From positions 348,502,001 through 348,566,000 of the forward strand of contig OZ024741.1 in assembly GCA_964016885.1 (NCBI GenBank): a stretch of 64,000 bases of DNA. The letters run 5' to 3'. The stretch comes from Eledone cirrhosa. Taxonomy: Eukaryota. The notes under the pieces are model-generated. The model had not been told where the DNA came from. It was given only the letters and a program-made list of their open reading frames with translations, and did not search any database. The translations under genes and the position numbers were made by a program. This document shows, one piece after another, positions 54,560 to 64,000 of the stretch (position 1 is the stretch's first letter; each line of letters opens with the position of its first letter).

Positions 54560-55062
54560 TATGTGTGTGTTTTCATTTTGTCCAAGGACAAAATGAAAAC
54601 ACACACACACATAGAACAAACAACCAACCAGTAACATGTAAATAAATAAACAAATGGATAAATGAACACAAACGCACACAGACACCCGGATGTGGCGCAT
54701 GCGCAAACTGAGCACACAACACACACACAGAAAAAAAATGGCGTAGGACAGAAGAAAGGAAAGGCACAGAAACAAAGAAAGGTATCCCCAGTCACTGAAG
54801 AGGTCACAGAGTGTGTGACGAAAGGACTATGACTATATATAAACAACTATCTAGTTGTGGAACCAACCAACCAACCAGAAATTTATAAATTTGTAGATTT
54901 GTAAATTTATAAATTTATAAATTTATAAATATATAATAAATTGAAGTGAAAGCAACTGGTGCGTGTGTTTCTTATTGGCAACATGACCCTCCCAAAGTAT
55001 AACAATATCGGTTTCAACACACGATTTCAGATAAAGAATCTTGCTAAACAAATTCAGAAACG

Positions 55063-55065
<3 letters not shown>
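54560..55065 (+). mobile_element. Family D Penelope-like terminus
   Basis: Homologous to 16272-16572 and 42810-42910. Confidence 0.75.
54790..54834 (+). ncRNA. Type I hammerhead ribozyme motif
   Basis: AGTCA CTGAAGA G GTCACA GAGTG TGTGAC GAAA GGAC T A TGACT: 5-bp stem I, 6-bp stem II, one extra base after A9, CUA triplet. Confidence 0.82.
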
Positions 55066-55111
<46 letters not shown>

Positions 55112-55161
55112 TATATATATATATATATATATATATATGTTTATATATATGTTTATATCTA

Positions 55162-55270
<109 letters not shown>

Positions 55271-55289
55271 AAATATATATATATATACA

Positions 55290-55950
55290 TGTAAGTATGT
55301 ATGTATATATACATACATATATGTATACAGACGTACAGTAGTATGTATATATATATACATTCATGCACACATATGTATATGTACGTATGGTTTGAGCGAA
55401 TATTTATTATAATGCTCGGTTTGTTTGTAAACAACAAACAGCCCGAATTACATTTAAGTTCCAGCCGTACTAAGAGTGAGAAATGAAATTTCGTTTCATT
55501 CTTTTCCATTTATCATTTTCGGTGCGCCCGGCCGACTAACTCATTTGATATGCAAGTTAGGCTGCTCAGCCGTTAATATGCATAAGGAAAGTACATACTT
55601 TCAGACGTTCAACCATCTGACAGAAAGGTATACGATGCTGATGATAGCTAATAAGCTTGAAACTAACCATCGTTCCTGTGTCAGTGTTGAGCAAAAAGGT
55701 AACGATTTTTTTCCTGAATACTGTACGGCGTAATTCGGGCTGTCTGTTGTTTACAAAAAAAAACGAGCATTATAATAAATGTTCGGTAAACCTATACGTA
55801 CATATATATATATATATGTGTGCAAATATGTATATATATACATACTGTTGTACGTCTGTATACATATATGTACGTACGTATACATACATACTTACATTTA
55901 AGTACCAGCCGTACTAAGAGTGAGAAATGAAATTTCGTTTCACTCTTTTC
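55290..55950. mobile_element. Composite repeat: inverted arms (~55290-55451 / 55730-55897), 60-bp direct repeat (55448-55507 / 55892-55951), central hammerhead-like motif
   Basis: CGATG CTGATGA T AGCT AATA AGCT T GAAA CTAAC CATCG at 55633-55672; stem III is decayed. Confidence 0.75.
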
Positions 55951-56441
55951 CGATATATATATATAAATTTTTTTTCCTTCGTTTTTAACAACATTCTTTA
56001 ATAACATCTAACTCTTATTTATCACATGTATATGATATAAATTTATCCCTATAAGTATAACTATCAATTAAATTAATTTAATTTCTCGTTATAGATCTAA
56101 ATTCCTTGTGTTTTAAATAAGATTGGTATTTCTCACTAACACATTTACCCTTAAATGTTATTCCCCTTCAATTTTAACAATAGCATTATTCTTTAATAAC
56201 ATTAAATTTTCGTGTACCTTTCACCGGCTTGACCTCTTTCCATCCCCAAAGTAATCTTTTCATTCAAAGTATTCTTTCCATTCAAAACTGAAGTCTGCAT
56301 TCCTCTACCCCTAAATTAAATTTCTACTACTACTATTCTATCAACTTGAAAACTTACTACTTTTCTATTGGTCAATTCAAAACCTGTTCCCAAACAGACC
56401 TATTATATTAAATCTTTGTTGGTTTCCTTCAATAAACAAAT

Positions 56442-56581
56442 ATCATTATTTCTGAAGACAGCATATATATGTGTAGGTATGTATATTCCTTCTGATAGTT
56501 TGTAAAATTGTTACATAGATCTATATGGTATACATACCAACACACACATATATATCCTAGAAACGATCGTAAAATAATGAT
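56442..56581 (+). ncRNA. Type I hammerhead motif with ~100-nt stem II insert (family H)
   Basis: ATCATTATTT CTGAAGA [101 nt hairpin] GAAA CGATCG T A AAATAATGAT: 10-bp stem I, palindromic stem III, GUA triplet. Confidence 0.8.
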
Positions 56582-56756
56582 TTTTTTAAATATAAGGACT
56601 GTTTCTTTGTCTTTATTTATTGTTTTTATTAATTTATCTTGACTGTTTTTTCCTGTGATTTTCATCGAAAACATTTGTTGAATACATCTCTTTTCATGAT
56701 ATTTGGATTACAATGAGTTCTTCATTGGACACTACCTTATATTTTTGGTAGATTTA

Positions 56757-56832
<76 letters not shown>

Positions 56833-57285
56833 CATATTTCTGTGTGCGTATCTAAGTGTGTGCTGATGCGCCTATGGGAGAGGACGGACGTTTGTATGTG
56901 TGAGTGTATGTGTTTGTGTAACTATATTCAGAGAGGTATATCCGGAGACAACGTTTTTTTCTTAAACACATAGTACGAAATGACTTTCGCTGAAGAATTG
57001 TATATAAAACAAAAGAATAACATGACATGCGACCTCTACGCAACAAATCAGGAATAAATGACTACTTTTCAGACAGAATGTCTACTACGATAGTCTTATG
57101 ACAATATAAAGCTTAATATAATATATAATTGCTCATATAAATGTCATAAATATGTGCAAAATTGGCATATATATGAGATACGTGAAGTCGCTCCCTGGCT
57201 CTCAGTCTCTGTCTCTTCTCTTCCTCATTCTGTGTTTCTCCCCTCCCCATCTCTCTCACACACACATGCACACCCATATATATAT

Positions 57286-57426
<141 letters not shown>

Positions 57427-57434
57427 TACATACA

Positions 57435-57484
<50 letters not shown>

Positions 57485-57496
57485 CATACATATATT

Positions 57497-57532
<36 letters not shown>

Positions 57533-57722
57533 GACAAACGTATACATGCAAACGTATTTATAATGACAACGATATGAAGTGTATTCATAGATATATGAAT
57601 GAATGGCATTCAAAATACAGTGATATATACCAAAGTGTGCATTTGAAGTTAATTCAGATAACATGCTATTTGCTTGAAAATGACGACTTGTGCTTATATG
57701 TTTGCGTACCTAAATATATATA

Positions 57723-58570
57723 TACGAGGTACACTCAATAGGTACACTCTTTAGACGTCTATCAGAGAGACATTTGTTTAAATCACATCAACATAAAACT
57801 CTAGTCTCTCACAAATTAAGATCCTCTGCACTTCTTGTAGTGCTCCACACTCTCATGGAAGGCTCCTTCGTAGTCCTCCAAATGGAAGGTGTCCAGGGCA
57901 CTAGTCGCAGCCTTCTTCATTTCCTCCTCATACGCAATGCGAATACTCCAGAACATTTCTTTAAGCTTAGAGAATATCCAGATGTCCTATGGATGACCAA
58001 TGAGTTGGTCACCAGAATAGATTTGTGGCAGGGGCATTGTCCTAGTGCAGGTACCACTGGCCAGACTTGAAATGATCTGGTCTCTTCCGACGAAATTTCT
58101 TTCGGAACTGCCTTAAAAACCCAACATACTATATTTTGTTGACTGTCAGACCGTGGAGGACCGAGTGGATGTAGATTATATATTTCCTGTCGAAGAATGG
58201 GATCAGCGCGAGCTTCCCTGTGGACTAGATTTGCCAAGGCTTCTTGGTTCTTGGGGAATCAGACCGGTTCCACTGCGCACACTCTCTTGGTCAATTGATA
58301 ATAACAATAGACTCAGCTCTCATCACAGTTTACGTGAGCCTCGTGGGCACTTGGATTCACAGCGATCCTCTCGAACATCTCCCTACTGCCATCAGTGAGC
58401 CTCTGACTTTTATCTTCATTGAGCACCCTGGGAACAAATGTTGCCCAAACTTGGCGCATATTCAAATCTATGCAGAGTGTCCTCAACCACCTCAGATTGT
58501 TTAGAAATCATTAGAAGAGTGACAAGACGGTCCTCGTCCAAAATTGTGCAAATGTTTCTACCAACAATTG
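57723..58570 (-). mobile_element. Decayed mariner (Tc1/mariner) transposon, 3' part
   Basis: Minus-strand peptides SGQWYLH*DNAP, H.SILVT and DIWIFSKLKE...EEEMKKAATSALDTFHLEDYEGAF...HYKKC match a mariner C-terminus. TA-CGAGG TIR-like end at about 57723. Confidence 0.8.
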
Positions 58571-58612
58571 TTTTTATCCGCTCCTATTAGTGACGTATTA
58601 TATTCGTTTGTT

Positions 58613-58885
58613 ACCGTTCTTTGCCAGGGAACGTTTCCACGAACCAAAGTATCGTCTTCCTGTCTTCCTCCGGTTGCAACGTTTTTTGAAATATTCACTT
58701 CTGCGTTTACAGATTGACTTTGATAGTTTCAGAAGATCCCGTTAAGGGTGAAAGCAGCGTTTCTTTGCGTAAATTTTAAACTGTTATTTTAATAAATATT
58801 TGCTCTACGGTTCTTATATATTTGATATATATTTATCCTTATCGAGACCTCTTTGCATTTTAGTCTTCAAATTTATTATTATTAC

Positions 58886-58887
<2 letters not shown>
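58613..58887 (-). mobile_element. Family A single arm
   Basis: Reverse complement of 2366-2640. Confidence 0.9.
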
Positions 58888-58943
<56 letters not shown>

Positions 58944-58951
58944 TAGATATG

Positions 58952-59071
<120 letters not shown>

Positions 59072-59096
59072 TATTTATAAATATATATATATATAG

Positions 59097-59247
59097 GAAA
59101 ATGTCTAACCCCCAAAATAGGCGTTGAAACTTCTTGAGCTCTGCTGTCGGGGTTAAACATTTTCCTATTACCCACTCTACTACCCTAAGTATTGAGTACC
59201 CTGGTGCGTTATGGTCTCTCTGTTTCATTACCACACCTCCTTCGTTA
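59097..59247 (+). mobile_element. Family C terminus with short inverted 5' end
   Basis: AGGAAAATGT.TAACCCC / GGGGTTAAACATTTTCCT inverted pair; tail shared with 54400-54476. Confidence 0.75.
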
Positions 59248-59444
59248 TATATATATATATAAAGAACAAAACGATGTTTTACATTTAGGTTGTTCTTGGT
59301 TATATTGTTACGAACATTTAACAGATGGGTGGCTCAGGATCCATATTACAGTTTGTACAGACTTAAATACATATACCTTTATCAAACTTGTTACTCAGGC
59401 AAAACAAAATTCTCATCTCATATACGCACACACACATACTCGTG

Positions 59445-59539
<95 letters not shown>

Positions 59540-59579
59540 AACAAACATATTTATATATATATATATATATATATATAAA

Positions 59580-61225
59580 TTAATAAAAACAATGAAATAA
59601 AAACAACGACCAGGTTCCTTATATTGAAAAATTCATCACTTTACGATCGTTTCTGGGATATATATGTGTGTTGGTATGTATATCATGTTAAAGATCTATG
59701 TAAAGAAATATTACAAATTATCAGAAGGGATATACATACCTTCACATATACATGCCATCTTCAGAAATGATCATTTCTGAAGATGGCATGTATATGTGAA
59801 GGTATGTATATGCCCTCTCAAGATCTGTATATCCCCACCATTACCACGGATATATATTATAAACACACAGACACCTATCAATATCTGAATTTTAAGTCGT
59901 GCCATCCACCTCATACAAAACGCAACATCCCATACTGCCTAGCCAGATGAAGTTGTACCATTGTAGAAGATACGAATACCAGGAACAAACGCCTAACAGA
60001 ACTGAGAGAATTTTTGCTCAAACAAAAATACCCATCTCTACTTATAGAAAATGGCATACAGCGGGCTATAAAAATACCTATACAACAACTTAGGACAACC
60101 CAAAGAAGAAGAAACCAAGAACTGGTCATACCATTTATAATGACACACAACCCATGTCACCAGAATATCTTCAACACTGCCAAAGCAAACCTACCGATCA
60201 TTGCTCAAAGTAATGAATTAAAAGGCTTAATCACAGACCGATCTGTGACTCTTAGTAAAAGACATCCGAAAAAATTAACAAAAGAAAAATTTGACCTTAA
60301 CAACAAAGACCAATCATTCAATGTATCTAAATGCAATGATTGTCGATGTGGCACATGTTAGTCCATAGACACCGGTCAATATATGAACACAAAACTGGAA
60401 AAATATTCCCAAATGCAAATATGAACTGCAAAAGCAGAAATCTAATTTACTGCATTAAATGCTCGAATTGTGAAGAACTATATGTCGGTCAATCTGGAAA
60501 TGCACTATCAGAACGTACATGGGTGCACTGACAGCAAATCAGAGACCCAAATGTCCGTCAGATACCCCTGAGTAACCATTTAGCAACATGCGGTCAGCAA
60601 ATATTTATAATATTTCCATTCTACAAATTACACAGCCCAAGTGAAATGAAGAGAAAAATCAAAGAAAATAATTTTATTGATAAATTCCAACCCAAGCTAA
60701 ATGAACGATAATAATGGGACATTACTCCTTCTATGACTATGATTACGACCACGTCGAATACCACCACTAACAACAACAACAATCAATAATAAAATGATGT
60801 TGATGGTGATGATTACTAGAAAATGCTATTTTCATCATTTCTAAAAATAGCAAAACCATTTATGCTTTGGAACGGATTAAATAGAAGTCGTTAGACATGC
60901 TCAACCAACCGTGACGCCTAAACTAATCAGCTTTAGTAATCCAGTGAAACTACACACCGATTGGTCGAAATACAGTTTGCAAAATTTAACATTATGTAGC
61001 CACTTTTCACTGTATATAAGGCACAACATTTACAGTTGAATATTGCAAACTTGACTGTCACCGCAGAACACGAACCCGAAAATTGCGAAGCATGAAAGAA
61101 CTTGTTCAATTAACACTTAACATTTAATATTCTACCATACTATTTCATTCTAATACCATCATAATTTTAAACGATTGTAAATAAAACGAATAAATCAGAC
61201 AAAGTTGGAATTCCTTTTATTAATA
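59580..61225 (+). mobile_element. 5'-truncated Penelope-like element (RT C-terminus and GIY-YIG) with inverted pLTR at its 5' end
   Basis: 59835-60711 encodes TDIYYKHTDTYQYLNFKSCHPPHTKRNIPY, LLKQKYP, THNP, KC..CRCGTC, CKSRNLIYCIKC..C..LYVGQSG...R..H and FIDKFQPKLN, with stops and frameshifts. Perfect 82-bp palindrome at 59730-59811. Confidence 0.93.
59635..59771 (-). ncRNA. Type I hammerhead motif with ~104-nt stem II (family H)
   Basis: ATCATTT CTGAAGA TGG..CCA GAAA CGATCG T A AAGTGAT. Confidence 0.82.
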
Positions 61226-61361
61226 TATATATATATATATATAAATTAAGTCTGGCAAACCATATCGCTGTAGTTAGTATTTTTTACCCTAGCGAACCAG
61301 GTCCTTACAATTAGGGCACATGTATGTTTATATTAGTGTTCATCTCTCTTGTATATTCAAT

Positions 61362-61404
<43 letters not shown>

Positions 61405-61408
<4 letters not shown>

Positions 61409-61736
61409 AAAGAGATGAAATCGAAAATGCAACTGGAGTCTTACTTTTCTTTTTAAATATATATATTTATTTGGTTCCTTTACGGTTTCGCAGTTCTTCT
61501 GCTTTTCAAAAGTAGAGTTGAGACGGAGGGTCTTTGGCTTTTCTCACAGACCTTCCATCTCAACTCTACTTTTGAAAAGCAGAAGAACTGCGAAACCGGT
61601 AAAGGAACCAAATAAATATATATATTTAAAGAAAAAATAAAACTCGAGTTGCATTTTCGATTTCATCTCTTTTTCTTTATACTTTCACTCGTGTAGGACA
61701 CCTCGGTTATTTTTCAATTTGTAAAAAAAACCTCAC

Positions 61737-61742
<6 letters not shown>
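61405..61742. mobile_element. Family B fold-back element (arms ~61405-61533 / ~61548-61675) plus tail
   Basis: Reverse-complement arms with TA on both flanks. Confidence 0.92.
61569..61604 (+). ncRNA. Variant (U3-A8) minimal hammerhead motif
   Basis: CTT TTGAAAA GCAG AAGAA CTGC GAAA CCGG T A AAG. Confidence 0.7.
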
Positions 61743-61811
<69 letters not shown>

Positions 61812-62357
61812 TGAATGTATGTATAAGTATGAATGCCTGTACATCTTCGGCTAGTTATATCGTAAGTAAATTAAATTACGTACAATCTTCAAAGAAGAAT
61901 GTTGAACATTTTTTTTTTGTCATGTCCGTAGTAAATTTCTTTATATTACACTACTTTAACCGCAAGCAATGCAATAGTATCCCAGCGTCACAATTCACTA
62001 AATCAATACAATATTAACTCTAAGAAAAGAACTTACAATGAACAACGTTAAACTGTTGCAACAACGCTTCACTCTGTCAATGGAGCAGTGTATAGGAACG
62101 GATCCCAAAAGTGGAGTATTTTGCCACAAGTAATGTTAATTTTAAGACGGTATTTGATGCAATATAAGACGCACTTCACTATACCACCTAATGACATAAT
62201 GGTTAATGGTTTAACACGACATATTAAATTGTTAGGTTAAGAAATTTCTTTCAATAGTTAAGAAATAAAGGTATCAGTATTTACTCATGAACAAACGCGC
62301 AGGCATACATAAACACCATTATGCACATATACTGAAACACGTGCAGGCCCAAATGTT

Positions 62358-62444
<87 letters not shown>

Positions 62445-62484
62445 TTATATTCATATGTATATATATATATCTATATATCTATAT

Positions 62485-62738
62485 CCCAAATTAAGATAAA
62501 TTAAATGAATTTAATCCAAATCGAAATTGTGGGTGTCATGCCATAATGGCGTGCGCCATATCGCCCGGAAATAAGCTCAAAGATAGGTCCGAGCATTTTA
62601 TAATAACTAGAAATTTATTAACATGTATAAACAGGAATAATCACAGGAGATAATTTTTACTAGCTATGCGTGGTTACACGCTTGTAAAAATTATCTCGTG
62701 TGATTATTCATGTTTATACATGTTAATAAATTTCTAGT

Positions 62739-62744
<6 letters not shown>
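62485..62744. mobile_element. Fold-back element (arms 62599-62660 / 62684-62744) plus tail
   Basis: ~61-bp inverted arms, TA-bounded; no ribozyme motif seen. Confidence 0.8.
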
Positions 62745-62832
<88 letters not shown>

Positions 62833-62835
62833 ATA

Positions 62836-62869
<34 letters not shown>

Positions 62870-62909
62870 TAAATATACACGGGTGTGTATGATTGTGTAT
62901 AGAAGATTA

Positions 62910-63163
62910 TATTAATAAAAGGAATTCCAACTTTGTCTGATTTACTCGTTTTATTTACAATCATTTAACAGCCGAAAATTGCAAACTTGACTGTCACCAC
63001 ATATTATGAACCTGAATATTGCGAAAGCATGAAAGTACTTGTTCAATTAACACTTAACATTTAATATTCTACCATACTATTTCATTCTAATACCATTATA
63101 CATGTTAAAGGATTGTAAATAAAACGAGTAAATCAGACAAAGTTGGAATTCCTTTTAGTAATA
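62910..63163 (+). mobile_element. Solo terminus of the 59580-61225 Penelope with inverted 5' arm
   Basis: 62978-63163 duplicates 61043-61225. 62910-62970 is the reverse complement of 63103-63163. Confidence 0.9.
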
Positions 63164-63696
63164 TATATATATATATATATAGAAAGAGAGAGAGAGATAG
63201 AGAGAGAGAGAGTGAGAGAGAGAGAGAGAAAGAAACAGAGGGAGAGAGAAAAAGAGAGAGGGAGAGAGAAAAAGAGGCAGAGAGACAGCTGCGTGTGTGG
63301 GTGTCTCTATGGGTGTGTGCATGCATATATTCTTATATATATTTGGGTTTCTATAAAAGCTGCGCAAAAGCATAAGATTATATATACACGCATGTGTGTG
63401 TGACTATTGTGAATTATTTTCAATGAAACACTAAAATTGCTGTAAGCTGTAGTATTATTCATTGACAAGAAGATCTGAATTCAGACCTCTGTATAACCGA
63501 GATTCTTATTCACGCCAAAGGAAGAATTATCCGAAGATTGTTGTTTGATATAACCTTCATTTACGTTTACATATACATATTTATATATTTTGCAGCCGTT
63601 TTTCAGCTGAGTAGATTGGTATATTTTAATGGTGGTACGTTTATATCCATACGTCTATTACGCATACACACTCACACACTGGCACACACACACACG

Positions 63697-63821
<125 letters not shown>

Positions 63822-64000
63822 TATATATATATATACCCATGCTAGCGTAGAAAATGGTCGTTAACCGATAATGACGATGATGATGATGAGGAGGATGATG
63901 ATACATATACATTACTATATATGTATATTGAGCGTGTGTGTGTTTGTATATTTATGTTTATGTCAGCATACATACATAGACAGAGAGACAAGGTTATCGA

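Overview
AT-rich eukaryotic non-coding DNA saturated with (TA)n/(TG)n/(CT)n microsatellites. The SINE and mariner sequences resemble those I recall from octopods, so a coleoid cephalopod is my inference, not a verified assignment. I can support no intact host gene. Nearly all predicted ORFs are microsatellite read-throughs. Recognisable coding remnants are all decayed transposons: three Tx1/L1-type LINE pieces, one near full-length R4/Dong-type RT+RLE element, three or four Penelope-like (GIY-YIG) elements, two RTE 3' ends, a mariner and a possible pogo/Tigger. There are also about 15 copies or fragments of one tRNA-derived SINE. The most striking structure is a set of roughly ten families of short head-to-head fold-back elements, mostly bounded by (TA)n tracts. 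Many carry a type I hammerhead ribozyme motif in each arm. Several motifs look intact, one has a compensatory U3-A8 core, and two have ~100-nt stem II inserts. They read as a Penelope-mobilised, microsatellite-associated, retrozyme-like system. Boundaries were read by eye and may be off by a few bases.
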